NCBI RefSeq assembly: GCF_006345805.1
Contig: NC_043015.1
Coordinates: 26,474,001-26,538,000, forward strand
Reading direction: 5' to 3'
From: Octopus sinensis
Lineage: Eukaryota
Length of the DNA: 64,000 bases
Each line of letters begins with the position of its first letter. Position 1 is the first letter of the stretch. Shown here in pieces: positions 1-12,550 of the stretch. The position numbers and the translations under genes were made by a program. Under the pieces are notes generated by a model, which saw only the letters and a list, made by a program, of their open reading frames with translations, did not search any database and had not been told where the DNA came from.

Positions 1-194
1 GAGATATGCCCATGCCAAATCTCAGATCAAGTGGATAGGACATACGCTGTGAATGTATTGAGTTGACGCTCAGTTTAAGATGGAAAGAAGAGGGGTTGTG
101 TTAGATTTCGAGCATGGCTCGTCGGTACAGAGAGGAAAGAGGAAATTTGAAGAAGAGCGCGTGTTTATGGCTCATATATATGTATATATATATA

Positions 195-1795
195 CAGTTG
201 CGGTTAAAATGTTCAGAACGGCATTGTTTTCGTCAAAAAAGTAGGTATAAGTTTTTATTAAAGTTGTTTTATATTCTATAATTTTCACAGACAATAAATA
301 CAATATTATTTGTTATTGTCTGAGATTTTGGTGTAATTTCAGAGGATAATAAAAACGTTATGGATGATTTAGTGATTTACTGCAACACCCATGGCGGCCA
401 AAATGATCAGAACGGTTGCTTTTACTCCGTGTTTTAGTATATTTAACCGTCGAACTCTAATGTTTTCAATTTGTTTACGTGACAGTTCGTTTACTGAACA
501 TTAGTAAGAATATCTGCAGTGTACTTTGTTAATATAATGCCACTTACTCAGTTACCAATTCGTCATCAGATTATTAAGCTTCGAAAGAAGGATTATTTAA
601 GTATTAGGTCTATTGCAAAGATTGTTAACAAGTCAAAAAGCGTTGTTCACGGTATTCTTAAGGTCTACGATGATTGTGGTTCGTGTGAAGCAAGAAATTC
701 TACAGGTAGGCCAAGAAAAACGACCAAGAGAGAAGATTGTGCTATGGTAAAGTTGGTTAAAAAGGACAGATTTAAAACTGCTGCTGCTGTTTTTCGGGAA
801 ATGAGCATTGTACTGAAGAAAACTTTATCTCGAAAAGGTGTGTCTCGTCGTTTAGTTGAACATGACCTACAAGCAAGAGCACCTGCAGTGAAGCCACTGA
901 TCAGCTCCAAGAATAAAAAGTGTCGTCTTACCTTTGCAACAGAACATGTGTTGTGGTCTCAAGAAAAATGGCAAACGGTGCATTTCAGTGATGAATCTAA
1001 GTCTATGTTATTTGGCTCAGATGGGAAAAGGTACGTTCGTCGAAAAGCAGGTGAATAATTGTCACCTAAATGCCTTAAGACTAGTGTTAAATTCGGTGGA
1101 GGAAGTGTCATGGTTTGGGGGATGATATCTGGGCCCTTTGCTGCGATTACATGGAAAAGTAAATGCAGGAGTTTATAAACAACTTGTAAAAGATCATGTC
1201 TTGCCTGTGCTGAGAAATTCAACTAAGCGACCACCCATATTCATACAGGACAATGCCCCATGTCACGAGGCTAAGGTGGTCATGAACTTCCTCAAAGCTG
1301 AAAAGGTTATTGCTATGGATTGGCCTGCTCAAAGTCCAGACCTCAATCCTATTGAAAATGTGTGGAATATTCTAGGAGAACGTTTGAAAGCCAGAAATCC
1401 TAAAACTACCGAGCAATTATGGAATGCCCTTCAGGAAGAATGGAATAAGATCACCCAGCAAGAAATTGAAAATTTAATTTCCCCATGCAGTCGAAAATGT
1501 CAAACTTTGATTGAAGCTAAAGGGCTTCACACTACATATGAAATAATTACTTTTTGATTATTTTGTTATTTTTTCAGCCGTTCTGATCATTTTGGCCACC
1601 ATAGGTTTTGCAGTAAATCACTATATCATCCATAACTTTTGTATTGTCCACTCAAATTTCACCATAATCTCAGACAATACCAATTAATATTGTATGTATT
1701 GTCTGTGAAAATTATAGAATATAAAACAACTTTAATAAAAACTTATATCTACTTTTCTGACAAAAACAATGCCGTTCTGAACATTTTGACCGCAA

Positions 1796-1798
<3 letters not shown>
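195..1798 (+). mobile_element. Tc1-family DNA transposon, full length, IR/DR type with ~224-bp TIRs
   Basis: TIRs at 195-418 and 1575-1798 (CAGTTGCGGTTAAAATGTTCAGAACGG... / ...CCGTTCTGAACATTTTGACCGCAACTG), TA on both flanks, internal transposase. Confidence 0.95.
537..1557 (+). pseudogene. Tc1 DD34E transposase, disrupted (TAA at 1056-1058 plus a frameshift near 1130-1140)
   Basis: N-terminal HTH with GRPRKTT, then VHFSDES, FGGGSVMVWG, IQDNAPCH and WPAQSPDLNPIENVW; 34 residues between the second D and E. Confidence 0.93.
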
Positions 1799-1839
<41 letters not shown>

Positions 1840-2562
1840 TATATATATATAATATATATATATATTATATATACATATAATTCTCAAATTCAAATTTTAT
1901 ATGTTAGTAGACTGCCCATGACAAGCTGAGTCACCATAAGTTCAAGGTACTCGAAAAAAACGCGTATGTCGGAAATCCGTGGGCAGATATACGCGAAACT
2001 TGTTTTCTTTTTCTATTCACATTTCAATACCTTAATTTTAGAGCATTCTCCCATTCTGCACCGCTTTGGTTGTATTAAATTACAGACAAGCATGCTCGCA
2101 AGGCAAGCAAGCAAGCAAACACGCAGAGAGGTTTAATAGTATATAGGTTTTTACTCTTATATCTTGTACTATATATTTTGTATTCTGACAATTGGTGTAT
2201 GAGTTATATTATTTATATTATGGTGGGTATGAATGTACTCGTATATGTTTGAGTGCATATATATGCACATTTGTATGTATATATGCTATACATACATATA
2301 AATGTGTGTGAGGGTTGAACCCTTAATCCCTACACATTTTTTCTCTCCCCGTCTATTTTTCGGTCACCCACCGATTCTTCTTTCTTTTCTCTCTTTCGCC
2401 TTTCAATCTTAATTTTCGAGGAGCGTAGGCTCGAATCGTCAAACACTTTTCAATTATTCCCGAGCGTTAAACTATTACACGGGCTTATTATTCTCTCGCC
2501 TGTCTTCGTCTTTTGTTTTCTGTAAATTTGGCCTACACACACACACACACACACACACACAC

Positions 2563-2599
<37 letters not shown>

Positions 2600-2637
2600 T
2601 AATAATCAATCAATCGTATATATATATATATATATAT

Positions 2638-3330
2638 AAAAGCTCATCAAATCTGTACCAACATGCCGAACAGGAACACGGGGGATCAATCAACAACATA
2701 GAAATTAAAATAATGTCCACACATAGAACAGATGCAGCAATCAGATAAATTACAGAAGCTACACACATAATAGAAAATAAACCTAGCCTCAAAAGAAAAC
2801 TAGAATGGAACACTAGCACACACCACAACATATGACGGTAGAGGATCCCGGAAACATAATAAATACACAGATAAATAAACAAATAGAAATAAATAACTAT
2901 ATATTTTTTAATTATTTTATTATTATTTTTTCGATTTATTATAAATATTACTAGTATTGTTGTTATACATACAAGCATATGTAATGATAATAATAAGTGG
3001 ATGTAAACACATGAACAAAATAAGAATAAACAAAAACAACAACAACAAAAACAAATTACATGAACGTATATAAACAGAAGATACAAATATTACAGGCATC
3101 CCCCCACACACACTTAATAAACTTAGACGCACATAGAGATATAAGCATGCGCAAATGAAGACATACAATAGAAATACAAAATGGCGGACGGTTAGTAAGG
3201 AGAGACACAAATAAGAAAGAAGAAAATAAAGGACCACTGATGCGGTCACAGGAGTGTGACGAAAGAACTCTGGCCGAAATAAGATTAAGATTAATGTAAA
3301 AATTAAATAACACTGAAGCAAAATAACACC
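2638..3330 (+). mobile_element. Penelope-like element 3' fragment (GIY-YIG C-terminus plus 3' UTR)
   Basis: KSSSNLYQHAEQEHGGSINNIEIKIMSTHRTDAAIR*ITEATHIIENKPSLKRKLEW to TGA at 2833-2835; same family as 34404-34997; decayed HHR at 3232-3275. Confidence 0.75.
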
Positions 3331-3402
3331 AAATATATAGTGCGTGTTTTTATTGGCTAAACTTGCAAAATGACCATTCCGAAATATAACAATATATATA
3401 TA

Positions 3403-3434
<32 letters not shown>

Positions 3435-3542
3435 GATTGATTCATTAAAGAAACGGAGAAAAAGACAAGAGAATTACAATCACGTAAGAACGTGGCATAT
3501 GCAAAGTATTGATAAGACACTCAATGAAGGAAAGGGTGAATG

Positions 3543-3580
3543 TTTTACCTTTCGAGCATAGCTCTTCTTCGGAAAAAAGG
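3543..3580 (-). ncRNA. Degenerate type I hammerhead motif
   Basis: Minus strand: tttt-CCGAAGA-A-GAGC-tat-GCTC-GAAA-GG-TA-aaa; U4 and stem III substituted. Confidence 0.4.
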
Positions 3581-3920
3581 GGACATAGGAAAGTCGAAAC
3601 GAAAAAGCTCGCCAAGAGTCCACGTGCAGTTACATTTTTGAAATGACCGGAAGTAGATGGACAACGAGAAAGTGTTTTCTGGGACAGGATAGTGTGAAGA
3701 ATGGTAAGTATTTGTGTGTATGTGTGTGTGTGCGTGTGTGTGTAGTGGCATGTGTGTTTGCTAGTAACCGAGTGTGTATGTGTCTATGTGTGGGGGCGTG
3801 GTATCGTGTGTACATGTGGTGGTAATTGTGTATTGTTCTTCATATGTATATCTTGAATGAGTCGCTAATTGTTTCTCTATACTTGAATGAGTAGCTCGTG
3901 GAAGAAGTAGAAACAGAAAT

Positions 3921-3952
<32 letters not shown>

Positions 3953-4004
3953 TATACATATATAATATATATAATATATATACACATATATATATATATA
4001 TGTG

Positions 4005-4051
<47 letters not shown>

Positions 4052-4782
4052 TATATATAATATTATATATATATATATATGTATAGTATATATATATTTA
4101 TATATCGAACTCTCTCATGCACCAAATGGCAATTGCTAAAAGCATTCGTGAAGTAAAATCATGTAGCAACACAAAATGGCGGTGCCCCAGCATGGCCACA
4201 GCTTGTGAGCTGAAACTAGATAAAAAAAAATAAATTAAATAAAAATAAATATATATATATATATATATATATGTATACACATGCGCACGTGCACGTAAAA
4301 AAGCACGCAGACAGAGCTACACAAACAGCTCAGAAGATAGATGCAATCAAAAAGCTGTCACTGATGAAGTTCATTATATAGCCATTGTTATTTTTTTTTC
4401 TGTGTCATCTCATTTTCTTATAACCGCTCTTTACTCATCTAACACTTTGTTCTGAAACATGCGTGTATTGCGTTCTACACCAACTTACTAATCTCGCAAC
4501 GTATAAACGAAATTTATATATATATATATATCTTCTTTTGTATTTTGTCTCTCTCAGTATATATATATATATATATAATATAATATAATATATATATATA
4601 TACACTGAGAGAGACAAGAGACAAGAGACAAAAGAAGAGAGACAAACAAAAGAGAGAGTGAGACAGACAAAGAGAATGATATGAACATATGTTCTTTTAT
4701 ACCCTGCCTATGACCACGAAGGATTATCAACCACACTGATCAGTGTTTAGATCTTATTTCTGCTTGAATAATAATTTATTAA

Positions 4783-4980
4783 GGCGGTGAGCTGGCAGAA
4801 ACGTTAGCACGCCGGGCGAAATGCTTTGCGGTGTTTTGTCTGTCTTTACGTTCTGAATTCAAATTCCACAGTGGTCGACTTTGCTTTTCATCCATTCGGG
4901 ATCGATAAATTAAGTACCAGTTGCATACTGAGGTTGATCTAATCGAAATTTCGGGGCTTTTGCCTAGAGTAGAAAAGAAT
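4783..4980 (+). mobile_element. tRNA-derived SINE with Nin-like central domain
   Basis: GGCGGTGAGCTGGCAGAA head, GTTCTGAATTCAAATTCC B-box-like motif, GTCGACTTTGCTTTTCATCCATTCGGGATCGATAAATTAAGTACCAG domain; a decayed relative lies near 29730-29855. Confidence 0.75.
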
Positions 4981-5337
4981 AGTAATGATTGATTTCAGGA
5001 GATCGTTTCCTTTCTGTTAATATAAAAATATTAACATACGGTGATATATATTTTTATGTTTTAACCTAGTTTTTCTATCATTAAATAGGAATTTTCATAT
5101 AAGAAAAAAATGCTGAGGCGAAAGATCATAGGAAATATAGATTTCAGTATGTCAGATATGTGTGGTAGAAATGTTCTAAATTTCTTAAAATGGCATCAGC
5201 AAATAAGGTTAAAGATTTTGTCTGCGAGCTTTGATCGTTCAAAGAACAAACATCAAAGCGAAAACTCATACGAAAATAGTCATGAATTTAAATTTCAAAA
5301 CAGATATCCAAACCAATTAATTTTGTTAGGAACTATC

Positions 5338-5622
5338 AAACATGTAGGCTTCGGTTATGATGGCTTTGTAACATCTTTAAAGAACCCTTATTCAGGGACC
5401 TTTTGAGTGGGATGGGCTACTCGACCAGAAGAAAATTCTAAATGGGCACCACCTGCAAGGTCATGCGCTGTTTATCTTGATATAAGATCACCATGTCGCG
5501 CACATGGTTGTGATGCATGTGCCTGGTGTACCCTTATCAGACGGGTAGTCATGATGGGTATACAGGGTTTCGTATATTTTACCCCCAGTGTCACTTCGAT
5601 GGCATGCACTGCTCTCTCACTC
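5338..5622 (+). mobile_element. 3' part of a non-coding retroposon ending in (AAT)n; same family as 19145-19701
   Basis: Shared sequence CCACCTGCAAGGTCATG...GATGGCATGCACTGCTCTCTCACTC followed by (AAT)n. Confidence 0.75.
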
Positions 5623-5655
<33 letters not shown>

Positions 5656-5665
5656 CATAGTAATG

Positions 5666-5712
<47 letters not shown>

Positions 5713-5733
5713 AATAATGATAATAATATTAAC

Positions 5734-5786
<53 letters not shown>

Positions 5787-5952
5787 TAACAACAACAACA
5801 ACAAAAACAACAACAACAACAATAACAACAATAACAACAATAACAATAATAACAATAATAATAATAATAATAATAACAATAATAACAATTATAATAATAA
5901 TGATGATGATGATGATGATGAGGAGGAGGAGGAGGAGGAGGATAATAATAAT

Positions 5953-5987
<35 letters not shown>

Positions 5988-5990
5988 TAA
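5623..5990. repeat. Compound trinucleotide microsatellite (AAT/AAC/GAT/GAG)
   Basis: Read directly; explains the poly-N, poly-I and poly-L ORFs. Confidence 0.97.
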
Positions 5991-6218
5991 TAGGGAATAT
6001 GATTCCAAATGGGAAAACTTCAATTTAGTAATACTAAATCAAATTTCACAATATATAGTACATGTATATAAATTAGAGAAGAACCACCATGTAGCACTTC
6101 AACAATGATATAATTAAATAATACCATAATGTAAAAAATTAAAGATACGATAAAACATTTACCTAAAACTAAATAAAGTACTAAATAATAAATAGTATAG
6201 CATTAGTAATTATATAAC

Positions 6219-6376
6219 GCAGGAGTGGCTGTGTGGTAAGTAGCTTGTTTACCAACCACATGGTTTCGGGTTCAGTCCCACTGCGTGGCACTTTGGGCAA
6301 GTGTATTCTACCATAGCCTCGGCCGACCAAAGCTTTGTGAGTGGATTTGGTAGACGGAAACTGAAAGAAGCCCGTC

Positions 6377-6456
<80 letters not shown>

Positions 6457-6675
6457 TGTGTGTTTGTGTGTCTGTGTTTGTCCCCATAGCATTGCTTGAC
6501 AACCGATGCTGGTGTGTTTATGTCCCCGTTACTTAGCGGTTCGGCAAAAGAGACCGATAGAATAAGTACTGGGCTTACAAAAGAATAAGTCCCGGGGTCG
6601 AGTTGCTCGATTAAAGGCGGTGCTCCAGCATGGCCGCAGTCAAATGACTGAAACAAGTAAAAGAGTAAAAGAGTA
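6219..6675 (+). mobile_element. tRNA-derived SINE with internal (TA)n/(TG)n and a CR1-like tail
   Basis: GCAGGAGTGGCTGTGTGGTAAG A-box region, GGTTTCGGGTTCAGTCCC B-box region, CORE-like CTTTGGGCAAGTG, tail GGCGGTGCTCCAGCATGGCC...CTGAAACAAGTAAAAGAG. Confidence 0.88.
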
Positions 6676-6811
6676 TATACTATTTATTTATTATTTAGTA
6701 TTTATTCAGTTTTAGGTAAATGATTTATCGTATCTAATGTTTTTCTATATGGTATTATTTAATTATATTATTGTTGAATTGCTACATGGTGGTTCTTCTC
6801 TAAATTATATA

Positions 6812-6853
<42 letters not shown>

Positions 6854-6952
6854 ACTAATGTAGGATAAAATTTTTTTTGGGGAAAAAAATTTCATCAATG
6901 GCCAGCATATCAAAAAATACCTGTAAAGGTTAGATTTATAAATAATTTACAA

Positions 6953-7541
6953 TATAAGGGCAAAAGAAAAATTCTAATGCCAAATATGCCGAAAAAGACA
7001 AAAATTGTCAATTAACCATTATAATTTATGCGTCTCGAAACCGATAGAAATTTCTAAAAAATTCCTAATTACCGTACTGGACAAATTTCGGAGTTAATTG
7101 ATAATAATTTTCTCCTCTTAAGCGGCAAATACGCGAGATATAAGTGAAATACTTACTCATACCCATGGAAAAAGCAAACACCGAGTGCTGAGCAGACCTA
7201 AGTACCCTAAATATATACAAAATAGAAAATCTTCGGCACGCTTCGAGACACATATGATTCGAACTAGAAACTTTCACAGAGTGATATATTTGGGGTACTT
7301 AGGTCTGCTCAGGACTTGGTGTTTACTTTTTCCATGGGTATGAGTAAGTATTTCACTTATATCTCGCGTATTTGCCGCTGAAGAGGAGAAAATTATTATG
7401 AATTAACTCCGAAATTGGTCCAATACGGTAATTAGGATTTTTTTTAGAAATTTCTATCGGTTTCGAGACGCATAAATTATAATGGTTAATTGACAATTTT
7501 TGTCTTTTTCGGCATATTTGGCATTAGAATTTTTCTTTTGT

Positions 7542-7548
<7 letters not shown>
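6953..7548. repeat. Long inverted repeat (~264-bp arms, 67-bp spacer) carrying HHRs
   Basis: Arms 6953-7216 and 7284-7548 are reverse complements with scattered mismatches. Confidence 0.93.
7372..7431 (+). ncRNA. Type I hammerhead ribozyme
   Basis: TTGCCG-CTGAAGA-GGAG...CTCC-GAAA-TTGGTCCAA-TA/CGGTAA; predicted cleavage after 7425. Confidence 0.8.
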
Positions 7549-7611
<63 letters not shown>

Positions 7612-7619
7612 TATATATA

Positions 7620-7668
<49 letters not shown>

Positions 7669-7689
7669 ATAATATATATATATATATAT

Positions 7690-7722
<33 letters not shown>

Positions 7723-7794
7723 ATGACAGTAAATAGTATAATATGTTTTCAATGGCATAAAAATACACTATAATAACAACAATGGACTATAATT

Positions 7795-9515
7795 ATTGAT
7801 ATAGATTAATCATACAGAGTCTGATATATTTCAGAATATAAAAATTCCTTTTTCAGATATCCCCAGGGATTGATCGAGTCACTGCTATAATCGGTTTTCC
7901 AACGGTTTTATTCCTCGTAAGCGTCTCTGCAGTCGTCTTACGAAGTTCCTTCCGGAATTCCTCATGAGAAGTGTATCAGGGCTGCCATGTCTCAAGCTCG
8001 TGTGTGCTGGCACGTCTGTAGCGCTGCTTCCAAGTCATGCATTATACGTGCAGTTTTCTTTTTTTCCCTTTCTTCTTTTTTCTAAATAATAGATGAGCAT
8101 GTCATCAAAAGTGAACCTACACGCATCCAAATGTAGCTAAATAATATATTGACTGCCAACCCCCAGCCTGTTGTTAATTTGTGGCCCTAGTCTGTCTATG
8201 AGGATAGCTTCCTTAATACTTAGAGTACCCACATTTCTTTCATTGGTCTCACTTATGACTGGTATGCTTTTGTCGGTGTTCCGTCATCTGTCTATATGTT
8301 TTCTGAAGGAGGAGGCTCTCGTGGCCAGATGTTCTTTGATGTGAATGTGTAACCGTCTTCTCGTACTACCCACATAGAACTTGTTGCATTTTGTTACATT
8401 GTATTCTATACACAATATTTACCCGTTGGCATAAATATGTGTCACGGATGGGGCAGTTTGCTAGTGTGCATTGATTGCTGTCCCTTGCTCATTTCTTTGT
8501 GAGGTATCATCTCAGAGAGGGGTTGGAATGAACTAGTTGTATGTCTTGTCCTTCTCTTATGGCTCTTCGGATGGCTGTAGATATCCTCTCACTAAAATGG
8601 GGTATTCTAAGGAAGCATGTGTTGCCTTGTTTTCTGTGTGTTTGGCGTATTTTTTGTCTTGGGTACTTAAGTCGATTTACAATGGATATAGGTTACCTGT
8701 TGGTTTGCAATACCTCTAGGAAGTGTGTGGTGTGCGTCACTTTGTCGTCTGTCCTGCTGCACTTGCTCTGGATGCGTGGAAGTTCTTTTCTGGCGTAACC
8801 TATTTTGGCACCGAGTGGAAGGACTGAATTGTAGTGAAAGAACATATCTCTACTGGCTGCTTTCCTGTAGAACTCAGTGTGGATCTCTCCTTCTTCTCTT
8901 ATTTTCCGTTGGGAGTCGAGTAGTGATATAGATCCAGTGATGTCGGGATGTTCTATAGTGAACTGTATGTTCATATCCATGTTGTTAAACGTCGTGAATA
9001 TGCAGTCAACCTCTTCACGGGAGGATGTGAGTATGATGATGTCATCTACGTATCTGCTGAAGAAGGCGCATGAGCGGCAGATGTTGAGTGCTCGACGTTC
9101 CAGGTGGTTCGTATAAGTGATGGCTAGTAGGCCCGAGAGACTGGATCCCATGGCGAGATCTGATGTCTGTATATGTGATCATGGAAAGATAAGTAGATGT
9201 TGTCCAAGATGATGGACAAAAGTTGAGGTATTTTAGCTGCGGTGAGTCCGAAGCAGTGGATGCCGGGTGCTACTATGCAGTCAGTCAATAGGTTGACCGC
9301 CGAGTGTGCTGGCACCGCTGTGTACATTGAGACGTCAAGACTAAAGGCATATCTGTTTCGCCTGGGTTGGTCTAGGGGTAGTTGGTGCAGGTAAAGTGGA
9401 GAGTATGGGTTTCAGTATGTGAGAAAGTAGCCAGGATATTTTATATAGAGTTCCTTCCTCGACGGAGACGATGGGTCTGATCTGGATCGTATTGCTATCC
9501 TTGTGTGCTTTAAAC
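7795..9515 (-). mobile_element. Penelope-like retroelement, 5'-truncated, RT plus GIY-YIG pseudogene
   Basis: KAHK...IRPIVS, MGSSLSGLLA...RYVDD, FYRK thumb, NIVYRIQC...KFYVGST...IKEH, KEAILI...PQINN; frameshifts and stops. Confidence 0.9.
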
Positions 9516-9598
<83 letters not shown>

Positions 9599-10066
9599 CA
9601 TATATATATACATATTATATATCAATGTATCTCTTTCCCTCTCGCTCACTCGTTCTGTATATGTTTATTAGTGTATATGTGTCTATCTGTGTACATGTAT
9701 GCATACATGTACTTAGATAGACATGGTATGTATATATGTGTAGGATGCCAACGATATAAAATAGAAAGTTCAGATGTTTTGTAGAGAAAAACAAAACCAG
9801 AAAATAGTGCGAGTGATTGTCTGTTGAGTGTTGATGTCTAAATATATCATTGAACCGTGACAATAGGGAGGGAAACTAGTAGGACATGGCGCTGGAGGAA
9901 ATGAGTTAGGAAAACAGGAAACGTTGTTGTGGGAATGAGGAAGTGAGGTGGGATGTCAATCGTGTTATCCACTGTTTGATGTGTATCAATTGATAAAATA
10001 TTGTCACGTTGCACCCTTCTTAGATATGCGTGTGTGTGTGTATGTGAGTGTTATGTGTAGTATGTA

Positions 10067-10113
<47 letters not shown>

Positions 10114-10405
10114 GTTTATATATGTAGTATATGTATATATTATGCATAATAATAATATTACATATGTATAAATATGCATATACTATGTATAAATATATAT
10201 ATATACACACACACACATATTATATGTATGTCGCGTATGCATATATGCATATTTATGTGTATGCTTGTATATGTATATGTGTATGTGTTCTTCTATATTT
10301 ATGTTGGTATGTTTTAGTGATAAAAATATGTTTGGGTTCATACGGACAATGAAACATGCACAAATATACATAGGCATACTATAGACATACATATATACAT
10401 CCACA

Positions 10406-10440
<35 letters not shown>

Positions 10441-10491
10441 GCACACATAGAAGGAATTTAATAAAATGACTTTAAAAATTATATAAAGCAA

Positions 10492-10532
10492 ATATGATCG
10501 GTTTCGATGATGTATCTCATCTTATCAAATAT
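10492..10532 (-). ncRNA. Type I hammerhead, U3:A8 core variant
   Basis: ATAT-TTGATAA-GATGA-gataca-TCATC-GAAA-CCGA-TC/ATAT; more decayed mirror copy at 10897-10937 (+). Confidence 0.6.
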
Positions 10533-10937
10533 CAGTAAAAATTTGTAAAAATTTGAATTAAAAACAGTTTATCTTCTGTCTTTGGGTTAAAAATATATCT
10601 GGAGATTTTTCGTTGAAGTCTTCTTTAAATATAATCTGGCATAGAGTTCAAAGTGTTGGAGAGAGAGAGAGGGGGTGTAGTTGTCTATTGTCTAAAAGAG
10701 AGCTTTTAAGCCACTCTCTTGGCACAACCCACATAGATTTCTTTTAGACAATAGACAACTACTCCCTTACTCTCTAACACCTTGAACACTATACCAAACT
10801 ATATTTAACGAAGACTTCCACGAAAAATCTTCAGACATAGTTTTGACTCCCAGACAGAAAACTGTTTTTACTTCAATTTTTTATAAATTGTTATTGATAT
10901 CTGATAAGATAAGATTCATCATGAAAACCGGGAATAT
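10492..10937. repeat. Diverged inverted repeat (~200-bp arms, 40-bp spacer) with HHR motifs at the outer ends
   Basis: 10492-10699 versus 10740-10937. Confidence 0.85.
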
Positions 10938-11244
10938 TTACTTCATATAATTTTAAAAATCATTTTATTAAATTCCTTCTTAAATTGAAATATCTTCAAT
11001 TTAGGTCTACATCTTTTATATATAAATATTTGATTTGTATAGAACTCTAATCTATTTTCAACCTATATATATATAAGCAACAAGGATGTACAGATGTCAA
11101 TACATTATGGCCGTTTCAAGCGACTCCATTTAGTTGATCAATGCATACATTACATCAATTTGAAATAAAACTGCTCTCTTCAGATGGCAACGTACTTCAA
11201 TTTAAATATCTAATTCAACTGAATCTTAATCATATTTTATATAA

Positions 11245-11865
11245 CTTTTATCTTTTATTTTTTACTGGTTTCAGCCCAGGGATGTGGTCATGCTGGTGCA
11301 CCACTTGTAGTTACGCAGGGTTGTTTCCGATATTGTTTTTGGTGAAGTAGCGAGTTGGATGGAGCCTTTGTGACTCCTGCCGCTATGTGGGTTCATCTGG
11401 TATTCCAAATAGAAACTTGTCCAGACGTTCCTTGAAAACTGCCACATCAACACATCAATGTAGATCTCTAAGGTTGCCTGGCAGGATGTTGAACAATTGC
11501 ATTCCCTTGAAACCCAGACTATTGCAGTACTGTGTCCCTATTTTAGATGGGGAAGACAAGTATGATGCAGTGCTGTCCAGTTCTAGGATTGGTATAGCTG
11601 TCAATTCCAAAATTGGGAGCTAAACCCATTAAGATCTTCCAAATATATATCACCTCATATCTCTCTCGTCATCTCTCCAGGGAATAGAGACTCAGCTCCT
11701 TCAGCCTCTCCCAGTAGCACATATTTTGCATAGGTCCATCATAGTCAAGTGGCTGAGAACGAAAGTCTTCCATTGGAGTAGCAGGTCTTCCCTTTTCCTC
11801 GTTCTGAATGTCCTCAGAATCCTTCCAGCCACTCGACTGCACTGTGTTGCCATCCTGGTAATACG
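11245..11865 (-). mobile_element. CR1/L2-group LINE 3' fragment
   Basis: YWERLKELSLYSLE, IYIWKILMGLAPNFGI, FKGMQLFNILPGNLR, FKERLDKFLFGIPDEP; 3' tail resembles the SINE tail. Confidence 0.82.
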
Positions 11866-11888
11866 TAACACACACACATACACACATA

Positions 11889-11936
<48 letters not shown>

Positions 11937-12107
11937 TGTGTGTGTGAATGTGTGTGTGTGAATGTGTGTATACACATACACAGATGATAGACAAAAACAT
12001 AAGCATAGCTATACAAATGTGTCTCTATGTATGCAAATTTCGCCATGATTGACGGCTAACTCCAAATGTTTTTTTTCATTTTCTCTCTGTTTATTTCCTT
12101 GTGTTCC

Positions 12108-12141
12108 TTTCTGTTGAAGAGCGTAGGCTCGAAACGTTAAA
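12108..12141 (+). ncRNA. Hammerhead-like motif (A6U variant) in a short dispersed repeat
   Basis: ttt-CTGTTGA-A-GAGC-gtag-GCTC-GAAA-CG-TT/aaa; decayed relative at about 2415-2445. Confidence 0.4.
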
Positions 12142-12322
12142 TACTTTCTCACCTTCCTGAGAGTCAAACAAATACACCTGCTTGTTGTTTATACACCTGT
12201 CTTCGTTATTTTGTTTTTTCTGTAAATTTCAATCAATAATATATGTAATATATATATGTTCCGCTGATGATGTAAGTAGGCATGTATATGTATGTATATA
12301 TATATATGATCCACTGATGATA

Positions 12323-12363
<41 letters not shown>

Positions 12364-12414
12364 GTGTGTGTGTGTGTGTGTTTGTGTTGTGTGTGTGTGT
12401 GTGTGTGTGTGTGT

Positions 12415-12447
<33 letters not shown>

Positions 12448-12550
12448 GCTATATCATCATCATCATCATCAGTGAATCATATATCCAAAAATGAAGGACA
12501 CACTAAAATTTAGAGCAATAATATATTTACGTGAAGTTAAAGAAATATCC

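Noticed and set aside
145-176. TTGAAGA-A-GAGC...GCTC just before the Tc1
   Set aside because: GAAA and the 3' half are replaced by (TA)n, so the motif is incomplete
5110-5406. 98-aa non-repetitive ORF
   Set aside because: No recognisable motif, and its 3' part overlaps the non-coding retroposon at 5338-5622
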